The position numbers were made by a program, and so were the translations under genes. Of a stretch of DNA of 64,000 nt, positions 10,601-19,799 are shown in pieces. The stretch covers positions 64,001 to 128,000 of the IMG/VR virus record IMGVR_UViG_3300047480_000598. One strand, given 5' to 3'. The notes beneath the pieces were generated by a model. The model did no database searches. It saw nothing but the letters and a program-made list of their open reading frames with translations, and was not told the origin of the DNA. Position 1 is the first letter of the stretch. Every line of letters begins with the position of its first letter. This DNA is from a virus.

Positions 10601-13600
10601 AGAGCCTGTGCCTGTTGTTACATTAACTGCGGTTCCACCGGCTATAGTGCTTATAGTAAATTGTGTAGTTCCGTTTAATGCTTTAACATAATATAAAGTA
10701 TTTGCAGTAATATTACCAAAAGTAGTTCCGGTAAAATAAATTGGCATGTCAACATATAATGTTGCGTTTGATGCAACATTTACATAATCTCCTGTATCAG
10801 TGGTAGATGTAACTGTTATTGAAGTAAAACTATCTTTGTAAACTGTTGCAATTTTACTTCCGCCTGAATAAGTTAAAATATTAGCATATTGACCAGCACC
10901 TGTTCCTGCGGTTAATTGTACTCTCATACCGTTATATGAATTTGTAAGTGCAGTATCAGTTGCAGCAATTGTAATAGATGTAGTATCACCTGTTTGTGCA
11001 GCATTAGATTGTGTTGCATAGCTAGTACCTCCAACACCGTTATCATCATTTAAATCGATAATTCTAGTTTCAAATACTGCCCCGTCGCGGAATTCATCCC
11101 CGGTTGCTGCTGCATTGTACCCTGCACCGCTTAAAGTATAACTAACATTAGTGTATGTTGTACCAGCATTTCCAAATTCTACACGGTGAATTTCGGTTAC
11201 GCCGTCTGTAATTACTAAAGTAGCTTGTGCTTGATTGTAGCGATTATCAACCGTAGCATATAATGGAACTTCATGCACATCTACACCTTCAGCAATGACA
11301 CCATATGTACCATAAGAGCTGTTACCGTTTGTTGCACGAATGCGACCGCCTAATTCTGCTAAGTATCCTGAATATCCATAGTAGTTAAACACTGATACAA
11401 GTTCTGTTAACGAATCTTCACCAGTACACCATACTCCAATACCGTCACTAATGATTGTTGTAAAGTCATTTTTAACCATTGACTTATTACCATATCGATG
11501 CAATGCGGCATCAATCTTAGCACCTGAGCATCCTGCTCCAAACATTGTGCAGTTTTGTGAATAGTGCGAACGACTTGTAACCCATACTCGACTATCGAAC
11601 GGTCCAAATCCTGGATTAAGAGCAACATATGCTCCGGCAGTCGGACGACGAGTACCAAAATCATTAAGCTCGGTTAAATCTCCAGACAACCCAGACATTG
11701 TTAAGTTTCTTAATCCGGATGCATTACTAACCCAGAACATATCCGATGCTTCTGAGCCGCTTACTGCATTGTTATAGAGCAATGCAGCATGTGTGCCTTT
11801 ATGATTTCCCGGTAATTGCAAGTCGTCAACTAATGCTAGTACATATTCTCCCATATCTCTCTTACAAGATACTTCGTCAAAAGAATACACAATAACTGCC
11901 GCACCAGTGTCTGTAGTAACAGTTAGCGTACTAGTACCATTAATGGTATCAGTTAGTGTTAATGTAGTCGAAGACGGTGTTGTTTTTACATAATATTGTA
12001 TTCCAAAATCTAATCCACCTAAAATGTCTCCAATTGTTGCTGTAACTACACTAGTAGATGTTCCTGGATCAAACACCGAACCATTATAGCTTGCTGAAAC
12101 TGTAATTTGAGTTGTATTTTCTACAGTTTTAACATAATATACCGTTCCGGCTACTAAATTGCCTAATGTACCGTTTGTAAATGTGATCTTACTTCCTGTA
12201 ATAATACCTGTTGTTGATAATAATGTAATAAGATTACCAACCGAAGAAGAGCTAGTTGCCGAAGTTGAAATTACATTATTAGGGAATATAACCGGATCTC
12301 CAACTGTTAAGTTATGTGCAGAAGAAGTAGTTAGTACACTAGTTGTTGAGGATGTACTAATAACAATACCTGTAAATGTATTTTTAATCCATGCTGTAGC
12401 TTCATTTTCTAAGAATTGCTTATTTGCTCTTAAGACTTCAACAGCATAAGTGTTGCCTAAGTTATTGAGATAGGTCACTGATCCATTAACATCAGGAGTC
12501 TCACCAACTCCTTTATCAAGAATGTTAAGAACAATTGTCATATTCTCATTTACCGATGCAAGTGCATCACTATCGGAAACAACAATATCTTTTAATTCGT
12601 CTTTTAAGAATCTAAATGCATTAAGAGTTGCTCTTTTTTGATCATCTAGTACTTTACTTGCTTGTGCTTGATAATATGCCATTCCTGATTTAATCGAGCG
12701 GAAGTTTGACCCTAACATCATGTCATATGCAACAGCGTCAATAATATATCCTACATCTCTCTCACAAGTGGTTGAGTCATAGTTAAGATTTGGATAATTT
12801 ATTTCAATATATGATGTAACTGCGGTTTGAACTGTTGATTTTGCAGAAATTAATGCAGTTGCTTGTGTAACTAAGTTAGTCGCAACCCACGAAGTACTCG
12901 GTAGAGTTTCTGCCGGAGCACTTGCGATTCCGCTGTTAATTGTAGTTGTTATACCGTCAATTAAGCTACCTACTACTGTTGCACTTGTTGCATCTCCACT
13001 AGTTCCAATGATATAAGAAGTATTAGTTTGCAACGGAGTGTACGAACTTAAACCTCCGTTTGCAATATCTTGAACAATTGTTTTTAAATTGCCGTATGCT
13101 GCAAGCGTAGCTGTCTTATCGTTAGTATCAATTTGTAATGCATCAGTTAACTTTGAATAATACGAAATTCCTGCTTGACGAGTTGCAAAATTCCCTCCAT
13201 ATGTCATATCGTATCTAATTGAATCAACAATGTAACCAACATCCCTTGCGCAAGTTAAATGGTCGTATACTACAGCAGGATAGTTGTCGTTAATGTATTT
13301 CAATGTTTCAGCTTGAATAAACTTTTTATTTTCAAAAATAAGTTTAGCAGCAGCAAAGTTTTCTGCGTCTATTCCGGTAAAATCTGGCCATAAGAATCGA
13401 GGTACAGCACCTCCATCGATAGTTCCGATAATGTCGTCGATAACTGTCGAAGCTTTAGATATTGCTCCCCCGACTGCATAGCCTTTAAGTTTATATTTTA
13501 AGAACTTAACTAATCCTAAACTTGCATGTTTTTGATTAGATATAACAATTTCAGCCGAATCAATAGCTCTGTAATAGCTTCTACCAACTGTAATTGCTGC

Positions 13601-16600
13601 AACATTTGACTTAAACAGCATGTCGTACATAATTGCATCAACCATGTATCCAACATCTCGATAACATACATCTTCATCATAAGACATCGATTGGAAGAAT
13701 TTTTGTACATACCCTAATGCATCATTTTGAACTTCAGTCTTTCTTGCTTGCATTAACTCATATGCTAATGTAGAAGCATTATCAGTTGGTAATGTAGGAG
13801 AAATAGTAGACGGTGATGTGCCGTTTGTTATCCAATCAATTACATCTTGAACGCGATCTTGTGCGAAAGTTGCAGATCCAGCGTTACCACCGGTACCTGA
13901 AAGTACTTGAAGAGTTGAATTTCCTGCTTGAGGAGTTACTGCTAGTTTTTTTGCAATATCGTCAATGATTGATTTAAGATGTGTATAAGCAGCTAATGTA
14001 GCTGTTAATTCTGTCGAATTAATAGTTCTTACAATTCCAGACCAATAAGCACTTCCTGCAATTAAACTTTGCGTGTTTCCGCCATATGTTAAGTCATATC
14101 GAATTGCATCAAGAATGTATCCTACATCACGTTGGCATGATGCTTGTCCGGTAGCACCTAACGCTGTCCAGACTGAACTGTAATTATTTTCAATATACTT
14201 ACTTACGTCTGCTTTAATAAATGCATAGTTATTAGCAAGTTGTGTTCTTGCATTTTCGTAATTAACATCTAAATCTGCCGGGTCAGTGATGATCTCGTTC
14301 GGAGTAGAATTTAATCCATTATTAATAATATCATATATTGTATTTGTACTAACTTCTACCCAATCAGCGTTAACAATATTACCAACATACCCCGAAGTTT
14401 CATACGCTAGTTCTTTAACAAAAGATCCAACTACTCCGATAGTTCCTAATGTAGGTTGTAATTGTTGAGCAAGAACTACGCCAGTTGATGTTAACGCTCT
14501 GTGATAACTCATTGCATTCCAGCAACTTAAGAAGTTACTTCCGAACATCATGTCGTAACAGACTGCATCTACAATGAAGCCAATATCACGTTGGCATGTT
14601 ATTTCGTTGTATATTAATTCTGGATAAGTGGAATTTATCCAGTTAGTTACTGTAGTTTTAATTAAAGTTTTTTCTGCTTGAATTGCAGTATTTGCATTAG
14701 AAAAAGCTGCGTGAACCCATGTAATGTCCGGAGAGACCGTTGTTGGCTCAATACCTGTATCTATTGTATCATATAATTCTTGTATGCGATTCTGTGCAAA
14801 AGTTGCTGCTCCGGCAGATCCGGCAGATCCGGCAGTTATTTGAGTTTCTAAATTACCCGATGACTTGGTGATCGATAGTCCTTTAACTATGTCGTCGATA
14901 ATTGTTTTAACATATGCCCATACTGCAAGTGCCTGTGCTTCTTCTCCAGTTTCAACTAGTACTCCGTTGCTGTAATATGATCTTGCAGCAATCTGAGTTG
15001 CTAAATTTCCGCCATATGTTAAGTCATAATGTAATGCATCAACAATATATCCTACATCTCTTTCACATGTAGCTTGGTCATATACAAATCCGCTAAATGG
15101 AGCAATAGGTCCGGCAATTTGTACATTAATCCATGCAGTTATTTCCGCTTTTAGGAACGCTTTATTTAAAAGAACAAGTCTTGCTGCATCGTAATAACCT
15201 GCAGTAAATGCGTTACCAGTACCACCTGTCGGAACTGGTAAATTAAAGGTTGGAACGGCAGTTAACCCGTTTGCAATAATTGATGTCATTGCATTTAAGC
15301 TAGTAGTAATCGAATCTGTTCCACCACTTGCATCTAATACTGCTAACCCAATAGCGAACATTAAGCCGATAGTTTCTTCCTTTTGATCAGATATTACTAC
15401 GCCGGTTGATGTTAAGCCTCTGTAATAACTTAATGCACTCCATTGTGTTAAGAAGTTGCTGTCAAATACCATATCGTATGCAAGTGCTTCAACTATATAT
15501 CCAATGTCTCTTGAACATAAAGTTTGATCAAATTGCAGTAATGGATAATTCGTAGTAACCCAATTAATCCCAATGGTTTGAATTTGAGATTTTCGTGCAA
15601 GTATTGATGTTAATGCAGTAACTTTATTAGACAATACATTTGTTGTGTTAGGAAGGACAGGTATCGGGTTATTTCCTGTTTTAATAGTGTTGTACATATC
15701 AATAATTCTTGATTGTGCAAATGTTCCTGCACCCGAGCTTCCTGCAGTTCCTGAATCGTCTTGAGATAATGCATTGCCTGATGTTTTAGTAATTAACACA
15801 CCTTGAGCAATGTCACTAATAATATTTCTTAGTCGAAGTTGTGTTGCAAGTGCTGCTTTCTTTTCTGTTAGAGGTTCAACAAAATCTCCTTTTGAATAGT
15901 AAGCACGGGCTGCAATTTGTGTTGCTAAATTTCCGCCATAAGTTAAATCGTATTCTAATGCATCTACAATATATCCAACGTCTCTTGCACATGCAACTGT
16001 ATCATACGATAACCCGTTGTATGTTGCTGTAATATATGAGATAGTGCTTGCCTGTATCGAAGATTTAGCACTTTGAAGACTAGATAATGTAGATTGAACA
16101 GCAATTGATTCAGCCGATGCACTCGGATATGTAATCGCCGGGGCAGAACCGGTGTTAATAATTCCGGTAATAATTGTAACTAATGCATCAATAGAAGTGT
16201 CGGCAGTTCCGCTTGTATAAGTTTTCATTAAACCGCCAAGCTGATTGTATGCAGCAATTGTTGCAGCCTTTTCACCGGATGCAATTTCTAATACTCCAAA
16301 TGAATAGTATGCTAATCCTGCAACAATAGATTGATAATTTCCGCCATATTGTACATCATATGTAATTGCATCAATAATATATCCAGTATCTCTTGCGCAC
16401 TTTGCTTGTTGTTCTGTGCTTAATCCGGCCCACACTGCATCGTAAGGGGAAGTTGAGCTAAGATATGTTGTAACACCGGAAATTAAGGTAGCTCGATTAG
16501 TTTGTAATGCTAACGCATCGGCCACGGATGTAGCATCAGATGTACCATTATCAGGCCATACATACACAGGAACCGCAGTTAATCCGTTTTCTAAAATATT

Positions 16601-19600
16601 ATAAACGTTATCAAATGCTTGTTCTGCTTGTAATAATAATGAACTATGTACATAATCAGATGCTGCGGTTTTTACAAAATTAATAACATCTAAAGTTTGA
16701 AATAGTTGATTGCTTGTTACTGGGTCTGATTGAATGCGATAATATGCTTCACCTGCAACACTTGATGCAAAGTTTGATCCTGTTACCAGATCGTAACATA
16801 CTGCATCGATAATTAATCCAACATCTCTTGAACATGTTGCAGAGTCATAATTGCTATTATAATTAACGAAATTGTAATTAACATATGCAATTGCTTCTGC
16901 TTTTAAAAACTCTTTGTTTGCTACAATTAGTCGTCGTGCGTTGTAATAACCATCGTCGTATCCTATTGGATCTACGATAGTAACAGGAACAGTTGTAGAC
17001 CCGTCTTCTAAAATATCTTGTGCAGTGATAACATTTGCTCTTACTGACTCTGATGCTATACTTTCGTAATTATTAAACACATATTGTTGTTCTGCAGAGT
17101 TACCAATCGAAGCTTCTACTATATTGTTTGAAACTAAGTTAGGCACAAGTGCTTTAATTCTATTTAATGCAGATATTGTTTTTGGTTTGTCGTTAACAAG
17201 ATTAGTAATAGCTGAATTTGGTGATATATTTGTTGATCGTAATTCATCGCCTACAACTGCTACATGATTTGGTATTATAATCGGTAACACTTCAACAAAT
17301 GTACCAGTTTTAACACTAATAGTGGTATTACCATAAGAAGCAGGAGCTATAGCCGATGTATCTCCAGCTAAAATACCGTCAGTAATTATAGTTAAAAGTG
17401 CAATAGCAGTATCACTTGAACTTTCTTCGGCTACATATGAAGTTTCAATTACTTGAGATGCTATACCTGATGTTAAGCCATTCAATTCTTGATAATTTAT
17501 AATTGGAGGACAATTGTTAATAACATTCGCCACTAAGTTCTTCATATAGTTATATGCAGCAACCGTTTGAGTTATTTGTTGCCCAAAATTACTATTGATA
17601 TAAGAGCTACCTGATGTTGTATAATATGCTTTTGCTGCGTTTGTAACATATTCGTTACCGCCGTGACCTAAATCATAGATAACTGCATCTAATAATATAC
17701 CTACATCTCGTTGACAGAAATTGTAATCGTATGATAGAGAGCCGATCATACTTCCGGAATCGTCACTTAACCCAAATATTAATCCACCTTGTGTTGTGCT
17801 AATAGTAAAATGAGTACTATCGATAACGGTTTTTACAAAGTACTTTGTGTTTGCTGTAACACCGCCGAGTGTTCCGTTAAATTCAATAGGCATATTTGCT
17901 ACTAAATTACTAGTGTCATTAGCAGTAAATTCTCCAGTTGATGCTACTGATGCGCTTATCGAAACTGAATATGTGCTTGTAACCCAGTTGCTAACTTCTT
18001 TCATAATAAACTGTTTATTCATTCTTAGAAGTTCTATAGCATTTGTATTACGATAACCTCTTTCAATTTGAGTACATGCGTATCTTACGGTTCTCCAAGG
18101 TTTATCAATTGTTAATCCGCGGCCCGGATCTCTGTCGTCGACTCCAGTAGGTGCAACATATACTACATTGTTAATAATTCCATAATATTCCCATGAAGGG
18201 TATCCGTTATTAACACGTAGTAGCTGTCCATCTGTTCCAATTGGGAGTCTAGTCGGTCCATTATTCCCAAAGTAATAAGTATCCCCTTCGGTTGTTAGGA
18301 CTGCTGACTCACTACCGGCAGCAAGAAGATTCCAAAATTCTGCTGTTGTATCTTGATCTGGTCTGTTTGTCGATGTTGCTATATGTGCGATGATTGCTAC
18401 ATAACTGTTTGCTCCAAAGAAAACAATGTCTCCTTTGATATAGCTGTCACCGTTAGTCCATGTTACTGCATATCCGGTTGCCGATAATGTTGCAATGTAA
18501 CCCCCTACTAAAGATTCGACAGTTATTATTGCATCATTAATCGGACTTAATCCGCCGAGATCGCTTCCTGAAATTAAGATTGTATCACCAACTTCATAAT
18601 TTGTTCCGGTAGATGAATAGTCTACCGAATAAGATGTTCCGTTTCTAGTAATATCGAATGTCGCACCAGATCCGATACCTGTTAATGTAATACCACTAAT
18701 ATCTGTATACGTAACTGGAGAATTGATCCACTTAAATCCTGAATTTAATTGATGCCAATAAGATGTATTTGGAGGAGTTTGATTTAAATTATCAGTAATA
18801 GAAAGATATGTATATCCTCCAAGTCTTACTACATCTCCAACTTTGTATGTTGTAGAATTATTCCAATCACCGACAAAATTAAATCCTGTAGTGTATAACT
18901 GCCAATCAATAGTTGCAGTTGCACCAGTTGACGGGTTTGAATTAGAATTGTTAGTTTTAGCAATATACGAATATCCACCGTACGTAACAACATCACCGAT
19001 CTGGTAGACGGTTAATGAGTTCCATGAATCTTCAAACTCTAGTCCTTCAACAAATACACTCCATTTAGTGTCGTCAAATGTTGTATCAGAAGTATGATTT
19101 GTAGTGCAAATCCAAGATCCGGATCCGTATTTGACTATATCATTTTCTTTATATCTTACAGAGTCGGTCCATTCTCCGAGATAAACAATGCCATTGTTAA
19201 AATTAGTCCAATAATTTTGGTCATCTTCTAGACCTAATAAGGAAGTTGCAGCAGATGTATGGGCAGTATTACAGAAATAAGTGATTCCTCCGTATACAAC
19301 AAAGTCATTAACTCGATATCTAGTAGTAGTGGTCCAAGATCCGGTCCAGTAAAATGACGACGCTATTAAGTCCCATTTAGAATTTGTTTGAGTCGGTAGG
19401 TCTTGATCTGCTTCTAACCCTAACGTAGTGGTTGCTGCTGACGTGTGTGCTTCGTTTGCTACATATACATTTCCGCCGTACTTAACTTGGTCTCCAACAT
19501 TATAATATGTTGATGTTTCCCAGTCTCCTCTCCAACTTAACCCGTCACTTACTAAGTGCCATTTTGGTGGAATAAAGTCGCCATCTGTAACAAATAACGA

Positions 19601-19735
19601 CGAACTTGTATGGTTTACTACACATATCCATGTTTTACCAGCGTTACTAATAACATCATCTACAACATATGATGTACTAGGAGTCCACTCGCCTTGCCAT
19701 ACAAATTTAATTCGACCTAATCTAAACTCTGCCAT
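7640..19735 (-). CDS. Giant 4031-aa virion/fibre protein: CBM5/12-like Trp repeats, pectin-lyase-like beta-helix, 12 CxRD helical repeats, BNR/propeller-like repeats
   Basis: Uninterrupted ORF; WxxxxxYxxGDxVxYGGxxY repeats; VVYVAPTG...PWRTVRYA; SxDGxxW repeats; paralog of 19800..27326. Confidence 0.85.
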   Translation of the reverse strand: MAEFRLGRIKFVWQGEWTPSTSYVVDDVISNAGKTWICVVNHTSSSLFVTDGDFIPPKWHLVSDGLSWRGDWETSTYYNVGDQVKYGGNVYVANEAHTSAATTTLGLEADQDLPTQTNSKWDLIASSFYWTGSWTTTTRYRVNDFVVYGGITYFCNTAHTSAATSLLGLEDDQNYWTNFNNGIVYLGEWTDSVRYKENDIVKYGSGSWICTTNHTSDTTFDDTKWSVFVEGLEFEDSWNSLTVYQIGDVVTYGGYSYIAKTNNSNSNPSTGATATIDWQLYTTGFNFVGDWNNSTTYKVGDVVRLGGYTYLSITDNLNQTPPNTSYWHQLNSGFKWINSPVTYTDISGITLTGIGSGATFDITRNGTSYSVDYSSTGTNYEVGDTILISGSDLGGLSPINDAIITVESLVGGYIATLSATGYAVTWTNGDSYIKGDIVFFGANSYVAIIAHIATSTNRPDQDTTAEFWNLLAAGSESAVLTTEGDTYYFGNNGPTRLPIGTDGQLLRVNNGYPSWEYYGIINNVVYVAPTGVDDRDPGRGLTIDKPWRTVRYACTQIERGYRNTNAIELLRMNKQFIMKEVSNWVTSTYSVSISASVASTGEFTANDTSNLVANMPIEFNGTLGGVTANTKYFVKTVIDSTHFTISTTQGGLIFGLSDDSGSMIGSLSYDYNFCQRDVGILLDAVIYDLGHGGNEYVTNAAKAYYTTSGSSYINSNFGQQITQTVAAYNYMKNLVANVINNCPPIINYQELNGLTSGIASQVIETSYVAEESSSDTAIALLTIITDGILAGDTSAIAPASYGNTTISVKTGTFVEVLPIIIPNHVAVVGDELRSTNISPNSAITNLVNDKPKTISALNRIKALVPNLVSNNIVEASIGNSAEQQYVFNNYESIASESVRANVITAQDILEDGSTTVPVTIVDPIGYDDGYYNARRLIVANKEFLKAEAIAYVNYNFVNYNSNYDSATCSRDVGLIIDAVCYDLVTGSNFASSVAGEAYYRIQSDPVTSNQLFQTLDVINFVKTAASDYVHSSLLLQAEQAFDNVYNILENGLTAVPVYVWPDNGTSDATSVADALALQTNRATLISGVTTYLSSTSPYDAVWAGLSTEQQAKCARDTGYIIDAITYDVQYGGNYQSIVAGLAYYSFGVLEIASGEKAATIAAYNQLGGLMKTYTSGTADTSIDALVTIITGIINTGSAPAITYPSASAESIAVQSTLSSLQSAKSSIQASTISYITATYNGLSYDTVACARDVGYIVDALEYDLTYGGNLATQIAARAYYSKGDFVEPLTEKKAALATQLRLRNIISDIAQGVLITKTSGNALSQDDSGTAGSSGAGTFAQSRIIDMYNTIKTGNNPIPVLPNTTNVLSNKVTALTSILARKSQIQTIGINWVTTNYPLLQFDQTLCSRDIGYIVEALAYDMVFDSNFLTQWSALSYYRGLTSTGVVISDQKEETIGLMFAIGLAVLDASGGTDSITTSLNAMTSIIANGLTAVPTFNLPVPTGGTGNAFTAGYYDAARLVLLNKAFLKAEITAWINVQIAGPIAPFSGFVYDQATCERDVGYIVDALHYDLTYGGNLATQIAARSYYSNGVLVETGEEAQALAVWAYVKTIIDDIVKGLSITKSSGNLETQITAGSAGSAGAATFAQNRIQELYDTIDTGIEPTTVSPDITWVHAAFSNANTAIQAEKTLIKTTVTNWINSTYPELIYNEITCQRDIGFIVDAVCYDMMFGSNFLSCWNAMSYHRALTSTGVVLAQQLQPTLGTIGVVGSFVKELAYETSGYVGNIVNADWVEVSTNTIYDIINNGLNSTPNEIITDPADLDVNYENARTQLANNYAFIKADVSKYIENNYSSVWTALGATGQASCQRDVGYILDAIRYDLTYGGNTQSLIAGSAYWSGIVRTINSTELTATLAAYTHLKSIIDDIAKKLAVTPQAGNSTLQVLSGTGGNAGSATFAQDRVQDVIDWITNGTSPSTISPTLPTDNASTLAYELMQARKTEVQNDALGYVQKFFQSMSYDEDVCYRDVGYMVDAIMYDMLFKSNVAAITVGRSYYRAIDSAEIVISNQKHASLGLVKFLKYKLKGYAVGGAISKASTVIDDIIGTIDGGAVPRFLWPDFTGIDAENFAAAKLIFENKKFIQAETLKYINDNYPAVVYDHLTCARDVGYIVDSIRYDMTYGGNFATRQAGISYYSKLTDALQIDTNDKTATLAAYGNLKTIVQDIANGGLSSYTPLQTNTSYIIGTSGDATSATVVGSLIDGITTTINSGIASAPAETLPSTSWVATNLVTQATALISAKSTVQTAVTSYIEINYPNLNYDSTTCERDVGYIIDAVAYDMMLGSNFRSIKSGMAYYQAQASKVLDDQKRATLNAFRFLKDELKDIVVSDSDALASVNENMTIVLNILDKGVGETPDVNGSVTYLNNLGNTYAVEVLRANKQFLENEATAWIKNTFTGIVISTSSTTSVLTTSSAHNLTVGDPVIFPNNVISTSATSSSSVGNLITLLSTTGIITGSKITFTNGTLGNLVAGTVYYVKTVENTTQITVSASYNGSVFDPGTSTSVVTATIGDILGGLDFGIQYYVKTTPSSTTLTLTDTINGTSTLTVTTDTGAAVIVYSFDEVSCKRDMGEYVLALVDDLQLPGNHKGTHAALLYNNAVSGSEASDMFWVSNASGLRNLTMSGLSGDLTELNDFGTRRPTAGAYVALNPGFGPFDSRVWVTSRSHYSQNCTMFGAGCSGAKIDAALHRYGNKSMVKNDFTTIISDGIGVWCTGEDSLTELVSVFNYYGYSGYLAELGGRIRATNGNSSYGTYGVIAEGVDVHEVPLYATVDNRYNQAQATLVITDGVTEIHRVEFGNAGTTYTNVSYTLSGAGYNAAATGDEFRDGAVFETRIIDLNDDNGVGGTSYATQSNAAQTGDTTSITIAATDTALTNSYNGMRVQLTAGTGAGQYANILTYSGGSKIATVYKDSFTSITVTSTTDTGDYVNVASNATLYVDMPIYFTGTTFGNITANTLYYVKALNGTTQFTISTIAGGTAVNVTTGTGSMTLLAAGWDHVIPGRTIENALDLTTQYIIEPTINYTAPGYRATARTLSSTAAWKDITYGDSKYLAIAGSGQSTTYSTTGTTWATAGSLSASASWTDVVYGGGEGAVATVTIGGLGGQGAVLQAVLGVPNTTGAATDDQVASVTVINGGAGYTTPPVIVFTSVSGGTGAVATCAVLNGEIVSVTVTIPGSGYNAAPTVAAVTDRVTIATSVDWGRNYFSTPSVTVSDPFTGSAWSSGGVVTLNQTIYYVNTGVKHWYTVTTGGTFTTTGPIHTSGSASNGTAVLLYIGTTAILTPTLENAGVKTLTITNSGKGYTTTPTVTILDTGARYVAIATGSSDNCYTTSAGVLAGSAWTAGSALPASDFVSLTYGNGVYVAVGGTNSAASSTNGSTWTGRSIPTLGSGTYSAVVYGNGTFVAISTGNLVTAVSSNGNSWTAGGNLPTSTTWSSIAYGNGRFVAIESGGRNVAISTDKGTSWVAATPGLPSSQTWNKVSYGQGLFLAVSSGGSVAATSPDGINWTVRALSSSSNWISAQFGNTNDTPVWVAISNTSGTVACSIKTGAQALGRVKVSSGVVTEVRMIEPGSGYPTGTVTAATGGATDSITVSDTTNLIDSQPIEFTGCSSAGLVENITYYVIGSTIVTDTSFKVSATAGSSTPVNLTTVTGLSGTYRAGPIFTVTDPNKVKSAAFRVRMGDGALGNPSFSNRGTDMTTATAEPNGDGYADLYQPSSFINVEGLYDIPEAGANVEFDSLPGVYFKLVTITNELGSLGSKTATFQINPALSVLQAPVHGDRVTARIKYSQVRLTGHDFLYIGTGGKERTNYPNVDISTAIQANQTVYSAGGRVFFTSTDQDGNFNVGNLFGVQQATGTATLNASAFNLSGLNSLQLGSVELGVGSAIITQFSTDPFFTADSDSIVPTQRAIKSYITSQIGGGQSSLNVNTLTSGIVYIAGNSISTTTGEAINVTTKMNFTGGIDGSPVALGFFMQR
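11760..17750 (-). repeat. 12 protein-level repeats, consensus YDxxxCxRDvGYivDAixYDxxxGxN(10)YY
   Basis: Cys codons at about 17715, 16833, 16398, 15990, 15516, 15066, 14595, 14136, 13665, 13251, 12765 and 11865. Confidence 0.9.
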
Positions 19736-19756
19736 TTTTAAATTCCTCTGATATTA

Positions 19757-19764
19757 TATTTATC
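19757..19764 (-). promoter_or_regulatory. Late promoter (GATAAATA)
   Basis: ATAAATA core in the intergenic gap, upstream of the SD GAGGA of the 4031-aa gene. Confidence 0.65.
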
Positions 19765-19799
19765 TTAGTTAAAATCTTGTACTTTATTTGGTAACCTGT

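Noticed and set aside
11760-17750. Concluding that the host is a cyanobacterium from the CxRD repeats
   Set aside because: No photosynthesis or bilin-synthesis genes in the window; the motif alone does not establish the host
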